Part shown: positions 14,035-27,282 of the stretch, piece after piece
How positions within the stretch are numbered: the first letter of the stretch is position 1
Layout of the letters: the number at the start of each line of letters is the position of its first letter
Origin: Octopus vulgaris
Taxonomy: Eukaryota
Direction: 5' to 3'
Assembly: GCA_951406725.2 (NCBI GenBank)
Contig: OX597823.1
Location: 91,512,001-91,576,000 of the forward strand
DNA: 64,000 bases
Program-made: the position numbers and the translations under genes
The notes under the pieces: model-generated
What the model was told of the DNA's origin: nothing
The model's database searches: none
What the model saw: the letters and a program-made list of their open reading frames with translations, nothing else

Positions 14035-14235
14035 TTTGTCATGCCAGTGGCACGTAAAAAGTACCCATTACACTCTCAGAGTGGTTGGCATTAGGAAGGG
14101 CATCCAGTTGAAGAAACTGCCAGATAGGATTGAAGTCTGGTGCAGCCTTCTGGCTTGTCAGCCCTCAGTCACACTGTCCAATCCATGCCAGGATGGAAAG
14201 TGGATGTTAAACAATGAAGATAATAATGATGGTGA
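14035..14235 (+). mobile_element. RTE-LINE 3' end (family C), short
   Basis: family C tail. Confidence 0.7.
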
Positions 14236-14321
14236 TGTATGTATGTATGTATGTATGTATGAATGTATGTATGTATATGCATATATGTATGTATATAAAT
14301 ATATATATATATGCATGTATG

Positions 14322-14355
<34 letters not shown>

Positions 14356-14431
14356 TATATATATATACATATACACACACATACATACATGCATATATAC
14401 ATTCATATATATATATATATATATGTATGTA

Positions 14432-14526
<95 letters not shown>

Positions 14527-14538
14527 ATATATATATAT

Positions 14539-14585
<47 letters not shown>

Positions 14586-14626
14586 CATACACACACATAT
14601 ACATATGTATAGATAAACATGTATAT

Positions 14627-14832
14627 ATCATCATCATCATCATCGTCATCATCATTTAACGTCCGTTGTCCCTGTTGGCTTTGGGTTGGTGTGTTTGACC
14701 AAGACTGGTAAGCTGAGGGAGGGGACTATACAAGACTCCAGTCTAATTTGGCAAGGTTTTCTATGGCTGGATGGCCTTCTTAATGCCAACCACTCTAAGA
14801 GTGTAATGGGTGCTTTTATGTACCACCTGCAT
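14627..14832 (-). mobile_element. RTE-LINE 3' end (family C), short
   Basis: (ATC)n followed by reverse-complemented family C tail. Confidence 0.7.
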
Positions 14833-14887
14833 GTGTGTGATTTGTGTGACATATATACATACATACATATATATGTGTGTGTGTACA

Positions 14888-14926
<39 letters not shown>

Positions 14927-14997
14927 CTTCAGGGAGGCGCTCCAGTATAGCAACAGTTTAATGACTGAAACAAGTAGTGGAATAAAATAATAAATGA

Positions 14998-15064
<67 letters not shown>

Positions 15065-15094
15065 TGTATGTATACATATATACATATATATATA

Positions 15095-16080
15095 TGTGCC
15101 ACTCCCGAACAGTTGAAGGAATCAGGGGGAGAGGTAGACCCAGGAAGACATGGGATGAGGTAGTCAAGCATGACCTCAGAGCGTTGGGCCTCACTGAGGC
15201 AATGGCGAAGGACCGAGATCTCTGGAGATGTGCTGTGACTACTAAGACCCGAGATGCTTCCGGCACCAGTTCCGCATACCCCCTGCCCATCCAAAGTACC
15301 TTGGATCCCGGAACATCTCGCTGTGCTTGAGGAGACCTGTTGAGTCAAGTGCATATACATGAACATCGAACCAAATATCAATGGAAACAGTAGTTGTGAT
15401 TCCTGTGCCGGTGACACATAAAAAGCACCATCCGAACGTGGCCGTTGCCAGTGCAGCCTCCCCTGGCTCCTGTGCCGGTGGCACATAAAAAGCACCATCC
15501 GAACGTGACCGATGCCAACCCCGCCTCGAATGGCTTCTGTGCTGGTGGCTCATGAACATCGAACCAAATATCAATGGAAACAGTAGTTGTGATACCTGTG
15601 CCGGTGACACATAAAAAGCACCATCTGAACGTGGTCAAGCACCATCCGAACGTGGCCGTTGCCAGTGCAGCCTCCACTGGCTTCTGTGCCGGTGGCACAT
15701 AAAAAGCACCATCCGAACGTGACTGATGCCAACCCTACCTCGAATGGCTTCTGTGCCGGTGGCACATAAAAAGCACCATCCGAACGTGGCCGATGCCAGC
15801 ACCGCCTTGACTGGCTTCTGTGCCGGTAGCACATAAAAAAAAAAGCACCAACCGATCGTGGCCGATGCCAGACCCCTCTGGCTCCTGTGCAGGTGGCACG
15901 TAAAAAGCACCCACTACACTCACAGAGTGGTTGGCGTTAGGAAGGGCATCCGGCTGTAGAAACACTGCCAGACCAGACTGGAGCCTAGGGCAGCCCCTGG
16001 CTCCCCAGACCCCTGTCGAACCGTCCAACCCGTGCTAGAGCGGAAAATGGACGTTAAACGATGATGATGATGATGATGAT
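15095..16080 (+). mobile_element. RTE-LINE 3' portion: last RT codons plus 3'UTR with a ~60 bp tandem array (family C, longest copy)
   Basis: TVEGIRGRGRPRKTWDEVVKHDLRALGLTEAMAKDRDLWR is the RTE C-terminal GRPRKTW...DRxxWR motif; repeated GCCGGTGGCACATAAAAGCACCATCCGAACGTGG; (GAT)n tail. Confidence 0.88.
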
Positions 16081-16111
16081 ATTTATATATATATATATAT
16101 GTATGTATACC

Positions 16112-16218
<107 letters not shown>

Positions 16219-16719
16219 GTATGTATACATATATATGTGTATACATGAATACATACATATTTAAGTATATAAGTTTTAGAAGTTAAGCAGAAGCACAAGG
16301 AGCAAAGAGAAAATTCACACACAAGACATGAGCACACACACACACACGCACACACACACACACACACACACTCACACACACACACACAGACGCACACAGC
16401 TACACACATACAAGGGTGTGTAACAGGGAAGCACCTCAAGGCAAACAAAATCATGCTGTAATGGACAACAATTAAATAACAGGAGAATTGTTTTTTACAA
16501 GAGTGAAAAGAATGGGACAATTTCAACGCCCAATTGCCTGATAGATTTACTTAGACACAGACATAAATTCTGAGATTAATCAACTTATGGATAATTACAA
16601 CAGCTGACTGATCGGAGTTCAGGGGTGATGGTGATGCCTCTACGGTAATCAATCATCTAATTTATTTCTGCCATTTTTGATAACTCGGGCTTTAGTGCAA
16701 ACAAGAGAACGAAAGAAAT

Positions 16720-16859
16720 AAGAAGAAGAAGAAGAAGAAAAAGAAGAAGGAGGAGGAGGAGGAGGAGGAGGAGAAGGAGGAGGATGAGAAGAAGAAGAAG
16801 AAGGAGAAGAAGAAGGAGAAGAAGAAGAAGAAGAAGAAGAAGAAGAAGGAGAAAAAGAA

Positions 16860-16906
<47 letters not shown>

Positions 16907-17027
16907 AGGAGAAGCAGAAGAAGAAGGAGAAGAAGAAGGAGAAGAAGGAGAAGAAGAAGGAGAAGAAGGAGAAGAAGAAGAAGAAGAAGAAGAAGAAGAA
17001 GGACAAGGAGGAGGAGAAGAAGAAGAG
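16720..17027. repeat. (GAA/GGA)n polypurine microsatellite
   Basis: direct reading. Confidence 0.95.
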
Positions 17028-17474
17028 ATTAGCATTCCAACAGAACTATCACAAAGGTAAATGATACGATCAAGGTATGAAATCAAAATGTGGAAACAAA
17101 AGAAAAAAGAAAAAAAAGATAGAAAAGGTAACATTTCCTTCATCAAGAATAATTTATTATCTTAGTTAAATATGATGTGTATTTTGTTAATGAGTGGAAG
17201 AAATACTAATTGCTTTCATTTAACAGTAAGAGGTGAAATTTTCGAGTGGTTCTAGTTGGTTACTTGATATGTTCTATATCATAGTTAACAGTACATTACA
17301 CAACACAACCTTCTGACCATGTATAATATACTTACAGATAGGGATTTATAGATATATATGCATGTCAATTAGATCAATTAGATCAGCCCCAGTATGCAAA
17401 TGGTACTTAATTTATCGACCCTGAAAGGATGAAAGACAAAGTTAACCTCAGAGGAATTTGAACTCAGAACCTAA

Positions 17475-18045
17475 AATATTCTACCTGTTTTATGTTCAGA
17501 CTAGCCAGATCCAGCCTCTCACACCTACTCTACAATGTCATTGTAAAAATAAACAATCTTCAAACTGCAAAATAATGTATAATTAACTAGCAGTATCGCC
17601 CGGCGTTGCTCGGGTTTGTAAGGGAAATAACTATATAAGCATTTTTAGAGATGTAAAGTATAATAGCCATCTCAATATGGCTAACCACAAAGGGGGTGTT
17701 ACTGTAGCTTTTTACGTTCTGAGATTTAATAATAAATTTTTAGAGAGTTACTTCCTTTATATATGCCAAAAATGCATTAAAAATGGGAAAAATTGATGGT
17801 AAATTTTTTTTTAAATCGTAGACTCATCGTAGACGCACGCTAATACCTAGAAGGGCTCGATATGAATCACGACTATAAGATACCCGGTTTTGGTTAAACT
17901 GCACCGCAAAATGTGGGAGTAGTTAGGAATCTAAATCGTAGGAGACAGACAGCACACAACCTCTCTTTTATATATAAAGATTTGAAACAATGTGGACAAA
18001 TAAGCATTCCTTTCAACAAAGTAATCTAAATGCTGAAGGATTGAA
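17475..18045 (-). mobile_element. degraded piggyBac-like MITE, interrupted by a Helitron
   Basis: reverse-complement similarity to 24030-24678; residual AAATGCTGAAGGATT end. Confidence 0.55.
17587..17980 (-). mobile_element. non-autonomous Helitron
   Basis: minus strand starts TC, ends with hairpin CCCGAGCAACGCCGGG then CTAG; inserted between A and T; second copy at 31067-31463. Confidence 0.88.
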
Positions 18046-18129
18046 AAGGAATGTTACCATAGAAACTGAAAATAAACAACCAAGAAAACCCTGATGGATG
18101 ATTGGCTTCGCATGAACAGAATGCTACCA

Positions 18130-18326
18130 TATGCTGAGGGGAAGCTGAAGAGGTTTGGGTAAAAGAAAATACAGGAGGATCAGTTAATTATGATTTTATT
18201 CAACATATTCCCTTCTCAGATTCACACACTTATTGCAGCGGTCCTTCAGCTTTTCTAGGCCCTGTAAAAGAACTCAGAAGGTTGGGACATCCCTTAAAGC
18301 CATGAACTTTTCAGCAGCCTTCATAG
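18130..18326 (-). mobile_element. mariner-derived MITE
   Basis: inverse copy of 54674-54893; degraded TIRs. Confidence 0.65.
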
Positions 18327-18470
18327 ATCTTCATTAGTACCAAGAAACGCTGTAAGACCAAGCAAAATGAAAATGGTGAAACAAAAAAAAATTTTCAAAA
18401 TGTAATTCACATTATCCCTATTTCAATGGATAAATGTGTAAGGATTGAATAGTAGTCCCCTGCTATATAT

Positions 18471-18523
<53 letters not shown>

Positions 18524-18656
18524 GTGATAATTAAAAAATATGTTTGTATGTATGCATATATTTTTAATTATCACATTATTGTCTGACAGCGCCCCGCGTC
18601 AGGTTCGTTTCGATTTGTCGGTTCGTACCACTTCTTGTCTCCATTCAATTTTTATA

Positions 18657-18870
18657 TCATCATCATCATCATCATCATCATCGTTTAACGTCCGCTTTCC
18701 ATGCTAGCATGGGTTGGACGGTTCAACTGGGGTTTGGGAAGCCCGAAGGCTGCACCAGGCCAGTCAGATGTGGCAGTGTTTCTACAGCTGGATGCCCTTC
18801 CTAACGCCAACCACTCCGAGAGTGTAGTGGGTGATTTTATGTGCCACCGACACAGGTGCCAGACGAGGCT
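18657..18870 (-). mobile_element. RTE-LINE 3' end (family C)
   Basis: reverse-complemented family C tail. Confidence 0.8.
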
Positions 18871-19044
18871 ATATGTATATATATATATATATATATGTAT
18901 AAGCTCGAAATGAACAGTAGATACATAGCTGACAACTGATGAAGGGTCCTTTTTCTGTGTTTACTTGTCCTGTTTTTACGTATTTCCTCTTGTTGCATAG
19001 TTGGTGACGTCCTGTACCCATATATGCATATATACATATACATA

Positions 19045-19127
<83 letters not shown>

Positions 19128-19133
19128 ATACAC

Positions 19134-19177
<44 letters not shown>

Positions 19178-19213
19178 GCATGTATGCAGGTATATTTACA
19201 TATATATATATAC

Positions 19214-19274
<61 letters not shown>

Positions 19275-19774
19275 TAGAGAGAAGAAGGGACAGTGATTCA
19301 ATTTTCTGCCGTATATTTAGAGTTGGACATAAAATATTTCTGTGCATGTCTCAACAGCTATTTGGAATTTTTACATTAGCATTTGCTTATTGGTTTCAAC
19401 GCGATCTTGGCGCAAGAGTAAATGGGTAATTACTATAAATATTGGATTCCTTGACCTCAGAAAAAAGAAATCATCATAATTGTCACCATCCTCCATTTTT
19501 TCCTTATTATCACCATCATCATAAAGTTTATCTCCATGATTTTCATTATTATTTAACGGTCATCACATTATTAGCAAAATATATTACTTACCACCTTGCG
19601 TATATCTACATCTTGCAATTTTTCGAAAAGAAATATTCGTATTTGGTACAATATGGTTAAAAAAGAAATATACTAAGTTTCCAAAACGGACACCTGACAC
19701 ACAAAAAGAAAAAAATGGTTTCTCATAACCACTAGGATTTGATAAAAATGTAAAAATCAATACACTGCAGCAGT

Positions 19775-20528
19775 GATATATTGATGTAACCGAAATGATA
19801 GTACACTAGCTGTTTGAAATAATACTATGCCAGGCATTGAAAATAAAAGTACACCAGATGCTTTAGATAATAGTGTGCCAGATGTTTAAAATAATAGTGT
19901 GCTAAATATTTAAAACAGTATGCCAGATGTTATAGACAATAGTACACCAGATGTTTAAAATAATATGCCAGATTAGAAAATTACTGTTTTAAAATCTCAC
20001 AACAAGAGATATTCCGCAACAGTACTTTGGAGTAAAGGTTATTTGCCAACATAACATGGCAGTCCTGGTTTAGGATGAATGTTGCTGTAATTTAGCCCCA
20101 GGAGACGTCATCTCCAGCTGGCTATACAACATGATTTGTGTCCTTATATTCCCTTGTTTGAATATATAAACACACAGATCGTGTCATATAGCCAGCTGGA
20201 GATGATGTCTCCTGGGGCTAAATTATAGCAACATTCATCCTAAACCAGGACTGTCATGTTATGTTAGCAAATAATCTTTACTCCAATACACCTTAAATAT
20301 CTAGCTGGATATTTAAGGCAAAAGTACACCAGAGGTTAAAGATGGTAGTGCACAAGATGTTTAGAATAATCGTATGCTAGATGTTCAAAATATAATATAC
20401 ACCAGATATTTAAGGTAATAGAACAAATGTTTATGATAATTTGTATACCAAATGTTTAAAAGCATATTATGACAAACATTTAAAAGAATGGTATGCCAGA
20501 TGTTTAAGGTAATAGTACATCAGATAAT
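19775..20528. repeat. degenerate ~22 bp minisatellite (ATAATAGTACACCAGATGTTTAA), interrupted by an H2 element
   Basis: CCAGATGTTT-like units recur on both sides of 19973-20285. Confidence 0.75.
19973..20285. mobile_element. Foldback family H2, apex deleted (~120 bp inverted arms)
   Basis: ~20029-20150 is the reverse complement of ~20160-20284. Confidence 0.8.
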
Positions 20529-20529
20529 A

Positions 20530-20838
20530 CAGTTCTATATTTAAGAGATGAGGAATTATTTACATTATTTATATTTGACGGATATTTGTCTTCATCTTAT
20601 TTGTTGCTAACACAACGTTTCGGCTGATATACCCTCCAACCATCATCATCATCATCATCATCATCATCACCACCACCACCACCACCACCATCACCATCAT
20701 CATCATCCAGATCACTACCTGGAATTGAACTCAGAATCTTGGGGTTAGTAGCTCGTGCTTTTAACCACTATGCCATATGACCGTAGTAGTAGCGATAATA
20801 ATAATAATAATAATAATAAAAATAATAATAATAATAAC

Positions 20839-20883
<45 letters not shown>

Positions 20884-21045
20884 AACAACATCAAAAAATA
20901 CCTTGGGAATGAGAACTGAGGTTCAAAATTTCCCCAAGACACCTGATGAAGGCTGGTGGGTATATCAGATGAAATGTTGTGTTAACAATAAATGAGATGA
21001 GGACAAATATCCGTCAAATGTAAATAATGCAAATAATGTAAATAA
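20530..21045. mobile_element. Palindromic tRNA/HHR element H1, copy 2
   Basis: terminus CAGTTCTATATTTAAGAGATGAGG; minus tRNA head ~20708-20783; plus-arm CTGATGA at 20943. Confidence 0.8.
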
Positions 21046-21917
21046 AGTAGTACATCAGTGCTTTCATCTGACAACAAATCATTTCTAACTATTAATTTGC
21101 ATATCAGGATTGATGCGAATATTTGGAATAATTGAAAGGAATAATTAAATGGTAAACAAAAAATGAAAAAACAAATTCTTTGATGTAACATTCCATAAGA
21201 CACAGTGATTCAGTGGAAGCTAACATGAAAATATTGGTTCCTAATTAAAGCAGAAACCAGCAGTTTTGAGGAGAGTGGTTAGTGGATGCCATCAATCAAA
21301 ATTTATTCGTTGATCCCACAAAGGATGAAAGACAAAGTTGCCCTTGGCAGAATTTGAACTCAGGATGCAAGAAGCCAGAAATTACAGAGAAATATCGAGA
21401 AATGATAAATGATGTTTCCAAAAATGTGGAAAGTAAACAGTAAAAAGAAAATCCCCAAAGAAGATTCTTAACATTTTGGAAGAGTGGGTTTGTTTTAGCA
21501 GACCTGATTTTGTTCGATTCCACCCCTGGAAGACATGAAAATGGGCAGCGATATGGTTTTGTGTTTCATCATCATCCTCATTCAGTGTTTTAAATCCAGG
21601 TTTTGTCCCCATTAATGGGGGTGGTCGGATCTACCTCAGTGCCATAACTACTGAGGCAGGCAAGGGCAGCCCACTCCTGGCTTTGGGCTGGCTGGTGCCC
21701 ATTCTCCCTTGCTGAAAATGACAATGTTTCTGTCAATTAGTGAGGCATATACAGAAAACTATGTGGCTGGCCATTTCAAAATCTTCAATGGGTAATTGTC
21801 AAATGAATTTGGTGCCACTAAACCAGCAAATCATATTCAAAAGGTCAAAGGGTTAAGATCAGTTTAAATATCTGTTAAGTATTTATAAAACTACACAAGC
21901 AGCCTATACTAAACAAG

Positions 21918-22110
21918 GGTGCAGGTGGGTGTGCGTTAAGTAGCTTGCTTACCAATCACTTGGTTCCAGGTTCAGTCCCACTGTGTGGCGCCTTGGGCAT
22001 GTGTCTTCTACTATAGCCTCGGGCCAACCAAAGCCTTGTGAGTGGATTTGGTAGACAGAAACTGAAAGAGCCCATCGTATATATATGTATGAGTGTGTGT
22101 GTGTGTGTGT
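21918..22110 (+). mobile_element. SINE family A, 5' half
   Basis: homology to 277-677. Confidence 0.75.
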
Positions 22111-22554
22111 TCCTTGAGATATGTAACTTATTTTAAGAGTTATGCAAGGGTTGAAAGGTTGAGAAACACTGCCCCAGGCCAACCAAAACCTTGGGAGTGA
22201 ATTTGGTAGATGGAAACTGAAAGAAACCCATTATGTGTGTGTGTGTATGTGTTGGTATGTGCCAGTGTGTGTATGAATGTGTGAGTGTGTGTATGTGTGT
22301 GTGTGTATGTGTGAGTGTGTAAATACATGTGTGTGTCTGAGAGTGTGTGAGTGTGTGTGTGAGTATGTGAGTGTGTGTGTATTCATGTCTAGACATCATG
22401 TGATAGTTGTATACGAACACCATGAATATGTTGCAAAATAACCTTCTTGGATATTCGAGCATTACACGAAGTTCTGAAACCCACCCATACTTCGGCAGTT
22501 TAAGAACAAGATTCAGATATGACTTTTTTGCTAAACAGAAGAGAAGCCAGATCA

Positions 22555-23085
22555 TATCGTCATCGTCATCGTCATCATCATCATCTTCCTTTAACGTCCA
22601 CTTTCCATGTTGGCATGGGTTGGATGGTTTGACCGAGGGCTGGCGAACCAGAAGGCTGCACCAGGCTCCAATCTGATCTGGCAGTGTTTTTACAGCTGGA
22701 TGCCCTTCCTATCACCAACCACTCCAAAAGTGTAGTGAGTGTTTTTTATATGCCACCAGCATGGGGACCAGTCAGGCAGTACTGGCATTGACCATGCTTG
22801 AATGCTGCTTTTTATGTGCCACTGGCACAGGAGCCAGTCTAGGCGGTACTGAAATGAATCACTCTTGAATGGTGCTTTTTACATGCTACCAGCATGGGAG
22901 CCAGTCAGGTGGCACTGACATCTACCACGCTTGAATGGTGCTTTTTACATGCCACCAGCATGGGAGACAGTCAGCTAGTACTGGAATCAAAACTCTCGAA
23001 TGGTGCTTTTTATGTGCCTCTGGCACGGGAACCAGTCAGGTGGCACTGGCATCAACCACGCACGAATGGTACTTTTTACGTGCCA
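22555..23085 (-). mobile_element. RTE-LINE 3' end (family C variant) with tandem ~58 bp units
   Basis: (ATC)n then family C tail; repeated GAATGGTGCTTTT units. Confidence 0.75.
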
Positions 23086-23708
23086 TCTCCTGAACTAAAA
23101 TCTTAATTACACCACACATAAGTAGCAGCTCCCTGCCCCGTATTTTAAATAGCGTTTGATGCTCTTTTTAGCACAATACCAACTAGAGACAGGACTGACT
23201 GGTAAAAAAAGAGATATCGGTTGAACATTCTTATTAAGCAATTACAGCATGAGACACATGTATTAGTCATTCAAAAACATACCAACTTCACTTAAATATT
23301 TAATTTTCGTCTCACCAACTCTGACCTAGCGACTGACATGACTTCAATGTTTAAGCAAAGTTAACAGTCTTTGAGTGTCTCGGAAAGGCTAATGTATGTC
23401 TTCCACACAATAATTCTTTTAGTTTCAAGACATGGTCTCAGATCAAATCACTTACAAGATCGTGACGTCTCTGAAATTCTTATCAAGCCTTCCATTAGAA
23501 ATGTATGCATTGCATCTGGATTTAGTAAGATAACAGAGTAACAGTGTTTGCAGGTTAGGTTGGGAGGAAGATGAGAAGAAATAAAATAGGATAGAATAAA
23601 ATCAAATGAAATAAGATAGAATAAAATAGAATAAAGTAGGGAAATGAAATAAAGTAAAATAAAATGAAACAACATACAGTAGAGTTAGCGGAGTAGAAGG
23701 TTTAATTT

Positions 23709-23965
23709 AAAGGTGGCGAGCTGGCAGAAACGTTAGCAGCCCGGGCGAAATACTAAGCGGTATTTCGTCTGTCTTCATGTTCTGAGTTCAAATTCCGCTG
23801 AGGTCGACTTTGCCTTTCATCCTTTCGGGGTCAATAAATTAAGGACCAGTTATGCACTGGGGTCGATGTAATCGACTTAATCCCTTTGTTTGTCTTTGTT
23901 TATCCCTGTGTTTATCTCTTGTTTATCTCTGTGTTTGGCCCCTTGTGGGCAATAGATAAATAAGA
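23709..23965 (+). mobile_element. SINE family B, full length, MetaSINE-like core
   Basis: head GGCGAGCTGGCAGAA, B-box GTTCAAATTCC, core GTCGACTTTGCCTTTCATCCTTTCGGGGTC..AAATTAAG.ACCAG resembling the Meta/Sauria SINE central domain. Confidence 0.8.
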
Positions 23966-24029
23966 AGGTTTAATTTTCTATAAAAATTTGGTGGATATAA
24001 ATTTATTTTTTTAAAGATCATGGCTTTAA

Positions 24030-24678
24030 CCATTTAGCATTTAGAATATTCTATCAAATGTTCTGATTATTCATCTTGTTTTGAATTAATCCATTGCTAG
24101 TGGAGCGCTAAGAGTACCATACAAGTGTGATCATTACCAGAGCAACAAGCTGGCCTTCATGCCGATGCCACGTTAAAAACACCATTCAAGTGTGATCGTT
24201 ACTAGCACTTGTGCTGGTGGCACGTGAAAAACATTCGAGCGAGGTCGTTGTCAGTGCCGCTGGACTGGCTCCTGTGCAGGTGACACATAAAAAGCACCAT
24301 TTGAGCGTGGTCATTGCCAGTACCACCTAACTGGCCCTTGTGTCAGTGGCATGTAAAAGCACCGACTACACTCTCAGAGTGGTTGGTGTTAGGAAGGGCA
24401 TTCAGCTGTAGAAACTCTGCCAGATCAGATTGGAGTCTGGTGCAGCCATCTGGTTCACCAGACCTGAGTCAAATCGTCCAACCCATGCTATCATGGAAAG
24501 CGGACGTTAAACGATGATGATGATGATGAATATCTTGTTGCTAAGAGACTGTGATGATGTAATTGTCAATTTGTTGAATGACATTGTAGGGCAGGTGTGA
24601 GAGTCCAGATCCATCCTATTTGAACACAAAACAGTAGGACTATTCTGGCCAGATGTGTTCAATTTAAATGCTAAAGGG
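24030..24678. mobile_element. piggyBac-like MITE carrying a nested family C insertion (~24095-24528)
   Basis: TTAA flanks at 24026-24029 and 24679-24682; TIRs CCATTTAGCATTTA / TAAATGCTAAAGGG. Confidence 0.75.
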
Positions 24679-24847
24679 TTAAAGGTTTGTGGATATAAGT
24701 TTTAAAAGTTGTAAAGCTTATTTTATTCAACTTCAACCAGATTATTTGAGATGCACCAACACAATAAATCTGATATTATCTCGTTTTATGATTTGGTTAT
24801 AAAAAAAAAGAAAAAAAAGAAAGAAATGGAAATTTTACCCGTGCGGG

Positions 24848-25165
24848 TCATCATCATCATCATCATCATTGCTTAACGTCCATTTTCCATGCTAGCATAG
24901 GTTGGACGGTTCGACCGGGGTCTAGGAAGCCAGGAAGCTGCACCAGGCTCCAGTCTGATCTGGCAGTGTTTCTATAGCTGGATACCCTTTCTAACGCCAA
25001 CCACTCTGTGAGTGTAGTGGGTACTTTTTATGTGCCACCGGCATGGAGGCCAGTTGAGGCAGCGCTGGCAATGGCCACGTTCGGATGGTGCTTTTTACGT
25101 GCCACCGGCACAGGGATTACTACTACAATTTCCATTGATTTTTTGATCGATTGCGATTTTTCTTG
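24848..25165 (-). mobile_element. RTE-LINE 3' end (family C)
   Basis: homology to 15095-16080. Confidence 0.8.
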
Positions 25166-25624
25166 CCTCAACAGGTCTTTGCAAGAAGATCAACAGGTCT
25201 TATTGAATTATAAGACGCTAAAAGAGAATGACTCTTCCTAGACACAACAGAATCTAATATTATTGTTTGGCACGGAAAACAAAATCCATGAAGTGTTGTA
25301 GAGATCAGCTTCTTTGTAGATGTTAACATTCAAAATTATTGCAAACGCACAACATCTCTGGTGAAATTGTCCTAAATCTACAACAAAGCTAAGCAGATTA
25401 AGCATTTGCTCTTGCACTCATAATCTCTGACCTGATTAGATATATCAGTAATTTTTGTAAAAAACCTGGGATTTTAGGTAAAAGGGAAGGAAATCTGAGA
25501 TGACGATTTTATGTGTTCTGTAAATTGAATTCGGTAAAAAGAACACAAAACTTTATTGAAAAAAAATTCTAAAACTGTGAAAATAAAATAAACATTATTG
25601 AAATTGAAGATGTATACCAGTGTT

Positions 25625-26000
25625 CTGACTGTGGCCATCGTGGGGCACAACCTTCAAGGGTTTAGTCAAACAAATTGCCCCCCCACCACCACCACCACCA
25701 CCACCATAAGTTATTTTATTAGAAAGCCTGGTACTTGTTCTCTTGGTTTCTTTTAATGAACTGCTAGGTTACAGAGACATAAACAAACCCAGACCACTTA
25801 TCAAAAAATAATAGATAAACACACACACACACATATGGCACAGGTTTCTTCTAGTTTCCGCCTTGAAAACCCAATCACAGGGGTTTGGGTGGTCCAAGGT
25901 TATAGTAGAAAACACCTGCCAAAGGTGCCATTCTGTGGGATTGAACCAAAATCCATGATGTTTGGAAGCAAATATCTTACCACAGTTGCACCTGCACCTA
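25625..26000 (-). mobile_element. SINE family A, diverged
   Basis: homology to 277-677. Confidence 0.7.
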
Positions 26001-26027
26001 TTACATGTATAACAGGTATGTTGTACT

Positions 26028-26392
26028 TGAGGCGCATGGCTCAAGTGGTTAGATGTGAAGGTGCATGGCTCAGTGGTTAGAGTGTCGAGCTTACGATGGT
26101 GAGGTCGTGAGTTCGAATCCTGGACCGGGCTGCATGTTGTGTTCTTGAGCAAAATGCTTTATTTCACTTTGCTCCAGTTAACTCAGCTGTAGAAATGAGT
26201 TGTGACGTCACTGGTGCCAAGCTGTATCGGCATTTGCCTTTCCATTGGATAACATCAGTGGTATGGAGAGGGGAAGCTGGTATGCATAAGTGACTGCTGG
26301 CCTTCCATAAACAATCTTGCCCAGACTTGTGCCTGGGAGGGTAACTTTCTAGGTGCAATCCCATGGTCATTCATGACCGAGGAGGGGTCTTC
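26028..26392 (+). mobile_element. tRNA-derived SINE family E
   Basis: A-box TGGCTCAGTGG (duplicated head) and B-box GTTCGAATCC. Confidence 0.75.
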
Positions 26393-26516
26393 TCCTGTAC
26401 TTGAGGCAATGTACTTCCATTGTTATTCTCCACTTGCTCTTTGAGAAGATATATAAGAATCATGAAATAACACCACATTCCATGGCATTGAATCCTCCCC
26501 CTACTTTACCGCTATT

Positions 26517-26868
26517 TCATCATCATCATTATTGTTTAACGTCTGCTTTCCATGCTGGCATGGGTTGGACAATTTGACTGAGGACTAGTAAGCTGGGGAG
26601 CTGCACCAGGTTCTGATTTGATTCAGCAAGGTTTCTATGGCTGGATGCCCTTCCTAATGCCAACTACTCTGAGAGTTTAGTGGGTGCTTTTTACATGCCA
26701 CCAGCACAGGGCCCAGTCAGGTAGAACTGGCATTGACCATGCTTGAATGGTGCTTTTATGTGCCCCTGGCACAAGAACCAGTCAAATGGTACTGGCATCG
26801 ACCATGCTTGAATGGTGCTTTTTACATACCACCGGCATGGGTGCCACTCGGGTAGCATTGGCATCGGC
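26517..26868 (-). mobile_element. RTE-LINE 3' end (family C)
   Basis: homology to 22555-23085. Confidence 0.75.
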
Positions 26869-26914
26869 CAAGATGAGCAGAGATAACTGAATAGGTTACA
26901 ATAATGACACTGTA

Positions 26915-27049
26915 CAGTTCTATATTTAAGAGATGAGGAATTATGTACATTATTTAGATTTGATGGATATTTGCCCATGGGCATATGGTGTAGTGGTTAA
27001 GAGTGCAGGCTACTAACCCCAAGATTCTGAGTTCGATTCCAAGCAGTGA

Positions 27050-27121
<72 letters not shown>

Positions 27122-27282
27122 CAACAACATCGAAAAATACCTTAGGAATGAGAACCCAGGTTCAAAATTTCCCCAAGACACCTGATGAAGGCTGGAGGGT
27201 ATATCAGCTGAAACGTTGCGTTAACAACAAACAAGATGAGGACAAATATCCATCAAATGTAAATAATGTAAATAATGTAAAT
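26915..27282 (+). mobile_element. Palindromic tRNA/HHR element H1, copy 3 (near-complete plus arm, left arm deleted)
   Basis: tRNA-like head 26979-27052 (A-box 26986-26996, B-box GTTCGATTCC 27031-27040), (AAT)n, HHR 27177-27222. Confidence 0.85.
27177..27222 (+). ncRNA. minimal type-I hammerhead ribozyme (H1)
   Basis: GACAC-CTGATGA-A-GGCTG..CAGCT-GAAA-CG-TT-GCGTT; helix III replaced by palindromic ACGT. Confidence 0.65.

Noticed and set aside
13757-14659. 300 aa ORF
   Set aside because: Read-through of TA microsatellites and a family C fragment.
15400-15910. CRISPR-like repeat/spacer appearance
   Set aside because: The intervening segments are homologous to each other, the array lies in a eukaryotic LINE UTR, and there are no cas genes.
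18930-19018. CTGATGAAGGG hammerhead core
   Set aside because: No paired helix II or downstream GAAA in this copy; at most a truncated remnant.
21050-21203. Minus-strand ORF resembling a signal-peptide exon
   Set aside because: No recognisable domain or linked exons; it runs into H1 copy 2.
26979-27052. Possible functional tRNA gene (ACT anticodon loop)
   Set aside because: Stems are imperfect and it is embedded in a repeat family; treated as a SINE-type head.
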